This document shows positions 1-13,200 of a stretch of 64,000 nucleotides of DNA, in pieces. How positions within the stretch are numbered: the stretch's first letter is position 1; each line of letters begins with the position of its first letter. This stretch comes from Mizuhopecten yessoensis (Eukaryota), in the NCBI RefSeq assembly GCF_002113885.1, contig NW_018404995.1, forward strand, positions 198,835-262,834. Direction: 5' to 3'. The position numbers and the translations under genes are program-made. The notes beneath the pieces are model-generated. The model was not told where the DNA came from. It worked only from the letters and a program-made list of their open reading frames with translations, and searched no databases.

Positions 1-565
1 TTTACATGTTTTAGGGGTTTCGAACGACTTTCGGTAAAAATGCCATAATCATTGGGGAGGCCTTTTTTACCGAAAGTCGATCTAAACCCTGAAACATATC
101 AAATTACTCTGAACACATAAGTAACTGTAACAAATTATCAGGTCCCTGTGGCAGTGTCATTTTCATTGGCACGACTTTCGATGTTGGTAGACATCTTTAA
201 CCATATTTACTATACATTGTGGGGGAAATAGCTTTCAATTAAGAAGAGACGTTAGCTGCCTTGTTCTGCTTTTAAAGAAAAAACATTCTGCGTGGCTTCT
301 GTTGGGCAGTGGTAGTTTTTAGTACAAGTACCAGATAATTTATTACAGCTATATTTGGACCTAAAATAGGATGTTTAGAGTAATAGTATGTGTTTTAGGG
401 GTTTAGAACACTTTCGGTAAAATAGCAACCCCAAATGACGACGTATACGAGCAACATGTTTTCCAGATGTTGATATTTAAACCCTAAAAGGTGTAATAGT
501 ACTCTAAGCACCTCACAGTGTCCGGTCCAAATACATGTAGATGTAACAAATTCTCATATCCCTGT
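1..565. mobile_element. Two partial or degenerate copies (1-150, ~330-565) of the long-TIR MITE family also at 4691-5168
   Basis: Shares the terminus 'gctgttacaaattatcaggtccctgtgg' and the inverted partner 'ttacagctatatttggacctaa...gtttagagtaat...ttttaggggttt' with the 4691-5168 element. Confidence 0.6.
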
Positions 566-2443
566 TATTGTCCGTCGTCGTACCATGGAAGGGATCTCGT
601 TGATACTTTATGGGTATGTTACTGACATCGCCCTAAAAATCCCATTGGGCTATACCCCGTGCTGACTTCTTCACAACTCTGAACTTGTTACAATTGTTCT
701 TTGTGAGGTCCTAGCAAATTGTTTTTACTTTTTGGGTCAGTCATAAAAATCTGTCAGGTACAACCCAATATGGGCGCATTTGGCTATGATTTTCTGGGAC
801 ATTTTCAACACCTTTCAAGAAGTGATAGAGCTATTGACTTCAGTCTTCCTACACATGATCTTTATCGTATTCTAGCCTAGTATTTTCAGGTTTTGGTGGG
901 GGGGGTGGGTTATGTTTGTGTCTACGTGCAGTCCAAAATGGCCACCACAATAAAGGCAACTAGACAGCCAACCATCCGCTGGTCATTTCAAATGGTAGTT
1001 TAAATTAACTGAAAACTCGCCATTTGTATAGGCCAATCCAAACTACAAAGTTAAAACCTTACTTTTTGTATATATCAAGACACATTGGTTTTTCAAACAG
1101 ATTTAAAACCCTGCCCAAACTCTAATTAACTACAGCATCAAGAATAGCATCAGGTAACCGTTTAGGCCCCTGTGCATTTTGTTTGCATTATTTTTGTTGA
1201 AAGCTGAATTCTCAAAACAGCCACTGAACTTCTTCATACACTGAGGGAGATTATCTTTACAAACAAGCACCAGGTCATGATGTCAGTTTTGCCCTTTTAC
1301 TGCCTGTAGCGAATACTTAATAGAAAAGTCATGCTAACGTTGTTTGAATTATTAAAGTCTCTATTCTCTGTGTTTGTTGACTAGTATCGGACTAAATGTA
1401 AGCAGGTGTACCTCGCACTTGACTTTCGATTTTGTTCAATATATTTTAGCTTTGATGTCTGCTTAGAAAAGAACTACATATGCTTTCTGGCCAATCAAGA
1501 TCTATATATAATCAATAATCAGTATTAATGTCACGCGATCCTATTCACTCTTCATAGATCATGCTTTGTTTAATAGTCGGCAAGTTCTTTTCCGAAACTT
1601 TAAACTTTCACTTCTGGTTGAAGAATAAATATTTCTTTGTTCTGGCCAAAATCTCAGCTGATATGGTCTACCGTAAACGATATAGATACGGAAAGTGTCG
1701 ACGGTTTCCCGATTGGAGGATAATCGGTGTGTTATGGTAGGTGGCTAGCTACTTCTTTTCAGCTTTTACCACAAATCAGATCTGGTACGCAAAATAAGAA
1801 TTTCAAGGATAGGTAAATATTAAGCTGTTGGGATTTTCTTTTCGTTTTGTATTTCTTTCAACATTGAATGAGATAATTCAAATCGAGGACTTGGATGCCT
1901 TTAGCTTCAAACACCTATACCAGTAATGTACATCCAATTACAGTATAATTGTCTCAGACATCCACGTCCTCGGGTGTCAGAGGTTACGCGCTAAGAGAGA
2001 ACGTAAAAGAGCGTAACCTTGGAATTCTGAGGAGGAGACATGGAAGGACTAGGTAGTATATGTATCCTAATTTTCTAACAAGCTTATGGAGCACTCTGAA
2101 ACCAAAGATATAATCAAACCTCATGTATATACATGCACGAGTGTGTCTTATTGGATTATATTGATCACTTAACGGGGGAATGAGTCATCGCGTCGCCATC
2201 ACTTTTTTTCTAGGGGAAACAAAGAATCGTGTTTCCCTATAGCAAGGGCTAGATCTACTTAAGTCCGTGCTGCAACCATCGACATTCAGTAACCACGTGC
2301 GAATTTATGTTGGGAAACATCAACTGGACGTTGTTTGTTAATAAGGAACTCACGGGAAAGATATCAAAGTGTTTTAAATGATTTATTATCTTATATACAC
2401 TCATATTGTGAAAACATAATAAGTATGAAGTAATGTGAATTTT

Positions 2444-2562
2444 ACCTATCTACATACAAACACAATGATCAGGTATGAATTAAGTGACGTTAACCTTAGC
2501 TATCTACATACAAACACAATGATCAGGTATGAATTAAGTGACGTAACCTTACCTAACTACAT
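2444..2562. repeat. ~55-bp tandem duplication (2+ copies)
   Basis: 'ctatctacatacaaacacaatgatcaggtatgaattaagtgacgt' occurs twice in tandem. Confidence 0.8.
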
Positions 2563-3046
2563 ATAAATTCGTTATAACAAATTCTACGGAAAATATTTCG
2601 TTTCACTTATCAATGTCATAAGAAAATGAAAGATCGTTGTAAAAAACAAACATGGAATATTTAATAATATCACAATTAACTGATTAAGCTACAAATACAC
2701 TCACACATGTTACATAGGTCAGAGAACAGGGCTGTTTTTGGCTCGCACTCTACGTATCGATTTTGATTATGTCACAGTCCTGCCGTGTGTGTTATGGGCA
2801 CACAGTACGATATTGATCGTTCTCTGAGAGGCCAAGGTTTCTCGTATATAGTAATATTTATCTCCGGAATGTAATGTCCTGTAATGACGACGAAACAGTT
2901 ATTTGAACAAATTTCACGTGTTTCGTTTGTCATGTCCACATTACGTTTTGGTTGCCCCTATTTTGGTTGGGTAGAAGCTGGTGAGTCTGGTGTTTAGTGA
3001 TCGATGGTTGATATCGATCCGTGTAGAACACAGTACACAACACTGG

Positions 3047-3622
3047 CTACAGTGGATACAACACGAAACAAAACATGATCAGCGTCGATATTAACATGGC
3101 CGGATGCTCCCAATAAACATGTCCCGAACGTTGTCCATTCGTCGTGTCCATCAATTTGTCGAAAAAGAAGCAGTCTTTTTGTGCTATTGTACTGACTTTG
3201 TACGACCTACTTTTACAGAAGTCACTGCCGTTCGTATACAGCTGATTAACTCTCGAGCCTTTCAGAATGGCCGACCCGCAGGCTCCGTACCAGGCGTCAC
3301 AGAATTCCTCACACACCTTCAAGTATCCCCATATATAAAACATGTTCTGGTAGGGAGCACATATATAACACATTAAGTAATTGGTGTACTGTTGACAGGC
3401 CGGTGACGCCCCGGGGAGACTCTTTACCTGCTCAAATGTCTCCGCGATCTCCTCTTGCATGCAGCAACTGTTCTCTTTGAACCAGGTACAGTTCTTCAGG
3501 TTTGGCTGAGGCTCTGGTGCACGGTTGTTGAAGAAAGAACAGAACTCCGTCACCTCTGTAGCCGAGCCTTCGGACAGAACAATGGCAAAGGCAAAGAACG
3601 TCGCTAAATAATAACCGAACAT
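3047..3622 (-). CDS. Folate receptor / riboflavin-binding protein family (Folate_rec domain), intronless, ~191 aa, predicted signal peptide and C-terminal hydrophobic (GPI-type) tail
   Basis: The ORF runs 3047-3817. The likely start is Met66 (ATG at 3622), which opens a signal-like MFGYYLATFFAFAIVLSEGSA. The Cys pattern C..PEPQPNLKNCTWFKENSCC..C..LMCYIC.P.Q..VCEEFCDAWYGAC..FC..C is typical of the FOLR/RfBP/retbindin family. The C-terminus MLISTLIMFCFVLYPL is hydrophobic. Confidence 0.8.
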   Translation of the reverse strand: MFGYYLATFFAFAIVLSEGSATEVTEFCSFFNNRAPEPQPNLKNCTWFKENSCCMQEEIAETFEQVKSLPGASPACQQYTNYLMCYICAPYQNMFYIWGYLKVCEEFCDAWYGACGSAILKGSRVNQLYTNGSDFCKSRSYKVSTIAQKDCFFFDKLMDTTNGQRSGHVYWEHPAMLISTLIMFCFVLYPL

Positions 3623-4175
3623 CCTGTCTTTCTTCAGGTCACCATCGGGTACGGCGCACCAAACCCTCAGCCTCAGCAGTCTCATGGAACCAGCAGCACG
3701 GTAGGTCGATATTACAGAATCGTCATACAAGTACAATCTTGCGGAAATTAGTCCCACAAAAATCTGTTGTAATTTGGAGTCAAAGCCCATATAATCATTA
3801 CATATCAGCAAGTACATTAAAAATGCGTCGTTAAATTGGTATCGCCCTACACAAGAGATAAGTACGATTCAATATCGAGGACAGCGTTTCGTTTGTGTAT
3901 CATGCTTTGCTTTGGTGAACCCGCCGTATCATAATTTCGAAAACTTACGCCAAAATACTCAAGTTTTCGCGCCATTTAAATGCATACTTTCGATGTATTT
4001 TCACTTTAAGCAGGAGATTTCCAAAGTTTTTCTGTAGATTTTATTAAACCAGCAGGCAAACAATGCATGCTCACGATAATTTAAAACATTTGATTCTCTG
4101 CCGATAAGTGCATGATTGAACAAAGAAACCTTTGCAAACGAAATGAACACAAACTTAAACTCTCGTAGTAATGTT

Positions 4176-4429
4176 CATGTTTTAGTGTAGTAATATACTA
4201 CATCTCACTTAGACATGTGTTCAGTGTAGTAATATACTACATCTCACTTAGACATGTGTTCAGTGTAATAATATACTACATCTCACTTAGACATGTGTTC
4301 GGTGTAGTAATATACTACATCTCACTTAGACATGTGTTCAGTGTAGGAATATACTACATCTCACTTAGACATGTTTTCAGTGTAGTAATATACTACATCT
4401 CACTTAGACATGTGTTCAGTGTAGTAATA
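4176..4429. repeat. 39-bp minisatellite, ~6.5 copies, with an internal hairpin
   Basis: Unit catgtgttcagtgtagtaatatactacatctcacttaga, containing the stem-loop tgtagta-ata-tactaca. Confidence 0.9.
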
Positions 4430-4690
4430 TCCCTTCATCCGTGTAGAAAGGAGTGGGCATTTCCCCTGTTTGGCCGCATCCTTTGGCCCTAAAGTTCTAC
4501 CAACTGAATTCATATAAACGTCATTGACATGCAGTACAGTAGTAGACTTTTATATATTCACCTCTATGTCTATATGAGGCCCTGTCCCAATGTCTCAGTA
4601 AGGGCCCAGAGCACACCAATAATTATACTGTTTCTACTGTTCTGGTTAACATTACATGTATGGATAAGCTGGTTGAGGACCTGAAAAAAA

Positions 4691-5168
4691 GGACCTGAGA
4701 AATTGTTACAGCTACATTTGAATCTAAGCTAAGGTGTTTAGAGTAATGATACACGTTTTAGGAGTTTTAGGATGCCAAGGTCAACATCATGAATATGCAC
4801 AAAGTGGGTCTATGACTGCGAAAAACTTTGAAACTAGTAAATGGCGTGTGTTTTTGGAGGAAATGGAGATAATTTCTGCGGAACGAAAATGCATATGACG
4901 TGAATATAGGCGGTTTTTAAAAGACAAATTGTCCATCTTTCCAACACTACTAAGCATATGTTTGTACATCAACTAGAGATGTGGTTTTTGACGCAAGAAA
5001 GTTAGACTGGGTCGATTTTTCGACATCGAGAGCTTTCCTCCCTTCTCGTTTATTATCATCAGCGGGGTGGCATTTTTACCGAATACAGATCTTAAACCCT
5101 TAAACGTATATGATTATTCTAAACACCTTAGCTTAGGTCCAAATATAGCTGTTACAAATTATCAGGTC
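4691..5168. mobile_element. MITE with ~85-bp imperfect terminal inverted repeats
   Basis: Left 'ggacctgagaaattgttacagctacatttgaatctaagctaaggtgtttagagtaat' matches the reverse complement of right 'attattctaaacaccttagcttaggtccaaatatagctgttacaaattatcaggtcc'. Confidence 0.75.
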
Positions 5169-5639
5169 CCTGTGGTTAAAGAATGTGTACATATATCTGA
5201 ACGTTTCTACATCCACCATATTTAACTGGTACCGCAGCTGGACATCAGCTTTAATCGGATAACCTCGGCTCAAACGGGACATTACGTAAAAAATGTTTAT
5301 AAATATATATCTCGGTATTTGAAAATGTCGGAAAAAAATAATCGAATGTCAGATATATTACACAAATGGTATAACTATTTTGAAATGTTCCGCGAGTATG
5401 TATGTTGGATTGCTGAATTGCTGAATTGGTGATGTGGCATCGTTGAAAGCTAGTTCAAGCTTGTGGTGATGCATCGTTGTTGTTTCACTCACTCGGGACT
5501 TACTTTTCCGGTTGCACACTTATTAATGTCTTAATACTAATGTGATTTAAAATTTTAAAACAATTCCACTCGTTTGTTCCCATCACGTGTTAATAAAAAG
5601 GGTTGAGCCCTTGCATTGTAAAGTTTGCATTTAAATAAA

Positions 5640-7546
5640 CCACAATCGCTATATATTTAGAATTGAGTCAATTGATGTTTAGTATGGTATACTGGAATGA
5701 ATTGATCCACTCTTAATACCAAAATGATGGGTTGAATTTCCTCGGGTAATTTCTCCAGCACTTGTTTAGTCTTTCATTGAAGCAGTTTAAGCTCGGTGCT
5801 GATACCACTTCCTCTGGCAATGAGTTCCATGGTATAATAGTACGATTGCTGAAGAAGTTTCTTGTGATGTGTTTTTTGTAGGCCTTTTAAACAGCTTCTT
5901 GGAGTGCCTCCTTGTAGATCTGTATTTACAGTGTTGGAATAGTTTATCCTTATCAAGTTTGTCGATGTTATTAAGGATTCTGTACACTTTGACTATGTCT
6001 GCTCTCTCCCTCCTGTATTCCAGGGTTGGTAGACCGAGTATTCTTAAACGTTCAGCGTATGATTTGTCAGTTAATGTTGGTACTCTTTTCGTTGCTCTTC
6101 GCTGGACTTTTTCGATTGTAATTTTGTCCTTGGTATTCAGGGGTGACCATATCGTTGAAGCGTATTCGAGGTGGGTCCGTATAAGTGCTTTTTAGAGTGT
6201 TACAAATATGGTTGGGCTCATATATTTAAAACTTCTAAATACTATTCCTGCAGTTTGGTTTGCTTTACTGGCTGCTTTTTGGACGTGCATGGAAAAATTG
6301 AGTTTTTCGTCGATGTGAACTCCCAGATATTTTTCACTATTCACCTTTGTGATTTCGATGGTGTCTCCGTATTGCGTTAGCGTGTAGTTGGATGACTTTG
6401 TTTTTTGTCCAATTTCTATATGCATGCATTTGTCCACATTCAGCTTTATTATTCAATTTTCTGTCCATTGGCACATTCTGTCGATACACTGTTACAGTCT
6501 AGCTCTATTTTCTGGGGTTGAATTGTTAGCTGATATTTTAGTGTCATCTGCGAACAGTTTTGTATTACACTCCAGTACATCTGGCATGTCATTGATATAT
6601 ATCAAGAACCTAACTGGCCCGAGTACACTCCCTTGTGGGACCCCGCTTAGTACTGGCAGACTCTTTGAGGGAGTTCCATTGATTATGACTTGTTGTGATA
6701 GGCCTGTCAAGAATGCTCTAATCCAGTTTAAGATTTGTCCTTTGATCCCACATTTTCCCAGTTTGTAGATTAGGAGCCTATGACCAACTTTGTTAAAAGC
6801 TTTGCTAAAATCCAGGTAGATTACGTCAACGTTTTTCCCCTCGTCGTGTCTTGTTCCATTCTTCCAGGATTTCTAATAGTTGAGTGGTGCATGCTTTTCC
6901 TGGACGGAAGCCATGTTGGCGTTTGGTAAATATTTCATTTCCTTCCAAGTAAGCCATTACTTCGTTACGGATTTTTTTTTGTAGAATTTTGTATGGAACC
7001 GAGGTAAGACTAATAGGGGGATGGTTTCCTGGGTTTGTTTTGGTACCCTTTTTAAATATCGGAGCAACGTTCGCTTCTTTCAAATCTTTCGGCAATGCAC
7101 CCTCATCTATTGACTTTTTTTAATATGATTTGTAGTGGTTTGGCTATTGTATCACATGTTTCGACAATGAATTTTGGGTGTAGGTTGTCGGGTCCAGGAG
7201 CTTTGTTGGGGTTAGTTGATCTTATGTCCGTAATAACTTTTTCATGCGTCAGTTCTTTGAATTCCGGTAAATTTTCGTGGGTTCTCTCCCTTAGTTCTGG
7301 TGGCTCGCGGTTGTCATCATGAACAAATACACTGGAGAAGAATTCATTCAGTACATTTGCAGTGTCTCTACTTTTTTCTGTCAGTTCTCCGTTGTTCTTA
7401 ACTACTCGTTGTACAGTTGTCTTGGTTTTGGTTTCATTCCCGACATGTTTCCAGAAGAGTTTTGGGTTAGTCTTGATTTTCTCAGACAGATCTTTTTCGT
7501 AGTTATAGGTTGATTTTCTTGATAACATGATTATCATGTTTCTCAA
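5640..7546 (-). mobile_element. 5'-truncated, frameshifted CR1/L2-group LINE (reverse transcriptase region of ORF2)
   Basis: ORF fragments contain KAPGPDNLHP, ANVAPIFKKG..PISLTS, QHGFRPGK, GVPQGSVLGP..YINDM..LFADDTK and EKYLGVHIDEKLNF, broken by stops and frameshifts. The 3' boundary is approximate. Confidence 0.92.
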
Positions 7547-7811
7547 CGAGTTCGAAAATACGATAAATGTATGTAATGCATATACATATAAATTATTTAT
7601 AGATAGTGAAATGTGTTATTTGTAGCACGTACAAATGTGGAGTATGAAAAAAATCAACCCACGAGTTTAATATACTATATTGGTACTGTATCGAGGACTA
7701 TTCTATTTACTGCGTCAATGTATTTTGCTAAGACATGGTCTTCCGTGAAATGATAGTCCATCTCCCGCTGGAAAAACAAATTGAGAAAATATAACCCGTC
7801 ACAACAGAGAT

Positions 7812-8761
7812 CACTGTGTGTTCACGACACCGGATATTGCTGCTAGGCAGGCGGTGATCACACGAAGTGGACTGCAGTTGAAGATGGTTTTTTTCTATAT
7901 TTTCCTTACTTCAGAGGCTGTTATGTACTTGAGTCTTTTTGGGCCAATACCTCACATTTTCAGCGTTTACTTAAACCATAGAAAACGTTCATGTATGGGT
8001 CAATATTTCTTCCAGACTTACAAACACGTCGTCTGGTATCGGCGAAAATGTTCGAGTGATAACTATCAATCACATGTCTGTTACATGGCTCCGCCTGCGT
8101 AGTACGAAGTTAACGAACCCATGTAACATATGATTTTAATCAGATTGGTGTATGAATTAACATTTTTAGTACTTCCCTCCACATTGTCATATCTTACTGC
8201 CTACAACTAAATAAAGATGTATCTAGATTACACACATCCATCGTGTCAGTGAAAGCATCGTATTTAATGAAATATCGTCGAACTGTACGGCAACTTGACT
8301 GTTTGTTTTTAGATTACTGTACGGCATCATGCTAATTGCAAGTCGCCGTACAATGCTATGAAATTATGTCAGCATATTACTCATAATTTACAACGAGTTC
8401 GAAAATACGATAAATGTATCTATGTAATGCATATACATATTCATTAGTTATAGGTAGTTTAATTTGATCGAAAAAAAACCACTGCAAATTTTAATTCAGA
8501 CACGCGATAAGTATCACTCGTGAGTTTTCGCCGATACCAGGCGGCGTATTTGCAAGTCTAGAAGAAATGTTGACCCTTATAGGAATGTTCCTTGTTGTTT
8601 AAGCCATTGCTTAAAATGTGAGGAATTGATCAAAAAAAGTCCCAAGAACATACAAGCCTCTGAAGTAAGAAAATTATAAAAAAAAACTCACCTGCAACAG
8701 AATCCCACTTCGTGTGATCACCGCCTGCATGGTAGCAATCCGGTGTCGTTAACAAACAGTG
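7812..8761. mobile_element. Foldback/MITE-like element with ~250-bp diverged inverted arms
   Basis: 'cgacaccggatattgctgctaggcaggcggtgatcacacgaagtgg' (~7825) is inverted at ~8706-8748 ('ccacttcgtgtgatcaccgcctgcatggtagcaatccggtgtcg'). An internal segment at ~8390-8458 is also repeated at ~7543-7606. Confidence 0.65.
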
Positions 8762-9268
8762 GAGATACAGTGACAAAACGTCACGGATATTATGACGTCA
8801 CAATTTACAATGCTCATTTCTCTTTCACATTAAACTCTGCTCGCTCTCACATGATTGGCGGCTCAGTTTGAAAATTAAATTAAATTAAATTAATTATTCG
8901 GGTGATTGTAGAGCCATATCTTTTTCTGCACTTTTCGAGGCCAATCATCTGTCGGCGGATGACTGGCCCGTTGTTTACTGGCACACTGTCATGTTTAAAA
9001 TTCTTCAGCCTCACGGCAGCTTTGTCCTCAAGACAGATATTTCAAATTTTCAAAGAACGCCACCCCATGCAGTGCTGTTATATATAATTCTCAAGTCCCT
9101 GTATTTAATAAGTTACAGCTCAGTGTGTTAACTTTAAGTAATGTTGCATCATCGTTAAATTAGTTACGATAAGCAAAAGGACGGATCAAATAGATAAGAT
9201 CAGTTATCTCAACAGGCTCGTTAAAATCCTGATATTTTGTCCGCTTGTTGGACTCTATTTTGACATTT

Positions 9269-9348
9269 GCGCATGCGCACATTATTGTAAACAGACCACG
9301 TTTTGTCAACACTAGCAGCTGCACTTGGACAGCCAAGACTATACAGGT
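9269..9348 (+). promoter_or_regulatory. Putative TMEM220 promoter and 5' non-coding exon: NRF1-type palindrome plus a donor site
   Basis: GCGCATGCGC at 9269-9278, candidate donor CAG|GTAATT at 9346/9347, and CCAAT-like boxes at ~8853 and 8941. Confidence 0.45.
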
Positions 9349-9791
9349 AATTATGGTCCCAGTTTCAGTATATGAGGACCATTTGAATAGGAACATGACT
9401 ATCAGTATATGTGGCGTTCCGTTGACATAGTGTCACAAGAATCAGTATCTATCTCCAGAATTATTTCCCTGGTTGGAAATGCAGTTCACTATTGTAATTA
9501 TATAAGATCATATATGGCACATGCGCGTGAATAATATTACGGCATGTGAAAACAGTTTGTCGTTACTAACTAAGAGTATGTAAGCGTAATTGCGTTGTCA
9601 GTGCGTCTGTCCTTACTCGTAGTTAACTTGTGTACAAAAGAGCCCATGCATGAACCCGTGTGATAGATTAATCATACAGGTAATATATCAGATATATAGC
9701 AGCACCAAGTTGTGCCCCAGATTATATTTGGTGGTCACTGGTTAAGGTTAAATGGTCACCCTTAACCACTGTTACGGTGGGGGATATATCT

Positions 9792-9895
9792 ATATCATCT
9801 TCGCTAGCCAATGGTTGATCCGGTACGATCTACCTACTCTCAGTAGTTAGTAGGTAGATCGTACCGGATCAACCCTTGGCTAGCGAAGATGATAT
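9792..9895. repeat. Near-perfect hairpin: 47-bp arms, 10-nt loop, 1 mismatch
   Basis: atatcatcttcgctagccaa[t]ggttgatccggtacgatctacctact - ctcagtagtt - agtaggtagatcgtaccggatcaacc[c]ttggctagcgaagatgatat. Confidence 0.9.
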
Positions 9896-10287
9896 CTATA
9901 TAGGCCTACACTCGCTTTGTTTTACTTAACTTTAGTTGACAATTTGAGAGTATACTTTCATTATCAAGCCACTCATATCCTGGACTGTCTATGCTATCAT
10001 GATCCTACACTAATACATCCTGGTCTGAACATTTCATTTACATGCACCTATAGTAAATGTATCAAATAACATCGTCATGACTCTTTATCACAAAGGATAA
10101 TTTTATGTCAACTTCCTGTAAATTGTGATTACCTGAATAAATATTGTTATTATTACCTCTTGCAGTAAGTTTATCAAATAATGTGAAAGTCTGAATCGGT
10201 AGGCAATATTAAACTTAAATCATAGTTTTATGTCAACTTCCTAGTATCACCTGTAAACATTTTCCATGACACAATTTCTTGTCAGAG

Positions 10288-13200
10288 ATGCAGTCCGAGT
10301 TCCTTATCCGGTACGGCAAAATGCCAGATACTCCTACCCCTCCATCCACATGGGTGTGGCAGTTCATCAACATCATCATGACAGTGTTCTTCTGTTTGGC
10401 AGCCTTTGTCAATGTATGTGCTTATGTATTGAAGTTAATTTTATGTTATTTAAGGTACTTTTCAAAATGACTGTCTAACAAATTTTCTGATTGTGATTAA
10501 CTTTCTCATTGTAATCTTACCTTTGAATGGCCCCTTCCTTTCAATACTATTACTGGTTCTGCTAATAAACAACATCGATGAATTACCACAAATAAAATGT
10601 TCTTATATTGAGGTTTTATTTGATACACTAGCTATTAAATGTTCTGTTAACCGAGTAAAAGCAGATGTATTTCCTTAAAACTGGACTCTTCTTTGCTTTT
10701 GCAGTTGAATGACGATGATTGGTTTGTTTGGGTGGTGAGTATGTTATTTTCAAAGTGAATATTTCTATCAAAATAATAAACAAATAAATATCAATATGGT
10801 AGTACAATTTGTTGTAACTGAAAATGCCTGACTAATTATTATTTTTTAAAACAAGTAGAATTTTGTGCTATTGAATGTAATTTTTATTGATATAAGGATT
10901 GGTCCTTGTATTCAGACAGTTAACCTGGACATGTCCTGATTTTTATTAAATCTTTATATCAAAAGTTTTATTATATACCTTGTATTTCAGCCAGGATATG
11001 CTGTACCTGGGCTCCTCAGTCTAACAGTTGCCATCAAGCCAAGTATTGCAAGTAAGGGCAATGTATTAGTCTTATTAATCTGTTTCTTTATCAATTAATA
11101 TTGTCATTGATGGGATTTTGATGCCAATAGTCTTTGAGTAACTTACCCCAAACACATTGTGATGTTGGCAAATATACAATGTATATATATGTACCTGTAG
11201 AATGGGTCAGCTAACCATGGTAGAGGGCATTTTCAAAACATATCGCAAGATTGGTGGGATTCCATTACAATGATATATAGGAAGTTATTATCCGAGAGGC
11301 AATGCATGACAAATGTACAGACAAAAGGAAAACATAATTGTACCATCCCATTCTTGTTTAAAGAAACCATCTTATCTAACAAATAGTTTATAAAACTGAA
11401 AGAGACATCTTTCAATATTGTTCTATGTACTTCATGTATCATAAGGAAATGATAAGAAATCATTTGAAAACTAATGTGATTATATGCCTACATACTGAAA
11501 AGCCTGTGAGTCCTAGCACATCCTTTCTACACATTAAAACTAGTGGTTAGTTTGTGTTATAAGACTCTTTCATGCCCAGGTGTGTTTTATAGGGAAATTC
11601 CACTGGAGGGGTTTTAAATTTGGTAAAACCTGAAGCTTTTTGCCAAAAGAGTAAAATGCTTTACTCTCTCCTGTGCCTATGTAGTATACACTGTGATAAT
11701 CTGTTGTAGATACTATAGTGTGGGGCAGTGTTGTGGTGGTCCACTTTACCCTGTCCTGTACCTATGTATATACACTGTGATAATCTGTTGTAGATACTAC
11801 AGTGTGGGGCAGTGTTGTGGTGGTCCACTTTACCCTGTCCTGTACCTATGTAAATACACTGTGATAATCTGTTGTAGATACTACAGTGTGGGGCAGTGTT
11901 GTGGTGGTCCACTTTACCCTGTCCTGTACCTATGTAGTATACACTGTGATAATCTGTTGTAGATACTACAGTGTGGGGCAGTGTTGTGGTGGTCCACTTT
12001 ACCCTGTCCTGTACCTATGTAGTATACACTGTGATAATCTGTTGTAGATACTACAGTGTGGGGCAGTGTTGTGGTGGTCCACTTTACCCTGTCCTGTACC
12101 TATGTAGTATACACTGTGATAATCTGTTGTAGATACTACAGTGTGGGGCAGTGTTGTGGTGGTCCACTTTACCCTGTCCTGTACCTATGTAGTATACACT
12201 GTGATAATCTGTTGTAGATACTACAGTGTGGGGCAGTGTTGTGGTGGTCCACTTTACCCTGTCCTGTACCTATGTAGTATACACTGTGATAATCTGTTGT
12301 AGATACTACAGTGTGGGGCAGTGTTGTGGTGGTCCACTTTACCCTGTCCTGTACCTATGTAGTATACACTGTGATAATCTGTTGTAGATACTACAGTGTG
12401 GGGCAGTGTTGTGGTGGTCCACTTTACCCTGTCCTGTACCTATGTAGTATACACTGTGATAATCTGTTGTAGATACTACAGTGTGGGGCAGTGTTGTGGT
12501 GGTCCACTTTACCCTGTCCTGTACCTATGTAGTATACACTGTGATAATCTGTTGTAGATACTACAGTGTGGGGCAGTGTTGTGGTGGTCCACTTTACCCT
12601 GTCCTGTACCTATGTAGTATACACTGTGATAATCTGTTGTAGATACTACAGTGTGGGGCAGTGTTGTGGTGGTCCACTTTACCCTGTCCTGTACCTATGT
12701 AGTATACACTGTGATAATCTGTTGTAGATACTACAGTGTGGGGCAGTGTTGTGGTGGTCCACTTTACCCTGTCCTGTACCTATGTAGTATACACTGTGAT
12801 AATCTGTTGTAGATACTACAGTGTGGGGCAGTGTTGTGGTGGTCCACTTTACCCTGTCCTGTACCTATGTAGTATACACTGTGATAATCTGTTGTAGATA
12901 CTACAGTGTGGGGCAGTGTTGTGGTGGTCCACTTTACCCTGTCCTGTACCTATGTAGTATACACTGTGATAATCTGTTGTAGATACTACAGTGTGGGGCA
13001 GTGTTGTGGTGGTCCACTTTACCCTGTCCTGTACCTATGTAGTATACACTGTGATAATCTGTTGTAGATACTACAGTGTGGGGCAGTGTTGTGGTGGTCC
13101 ACTTTACCCTGTCCTGTACCTATGTAGTATACACTGTGATAATCTGTTGTAGATACTACAGTGTGGGGCAGTGTTGTGGTGGTCCACTTTACCCTGTCCT

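Noticed and set aside
3623-3817. 65-aa N-terminal extension of the folate-receptor-like ORF
   Set aside because: It has no family resemblance, and the signal peptide begins at Met66. An upstream start or exon cannot be fully excluded.
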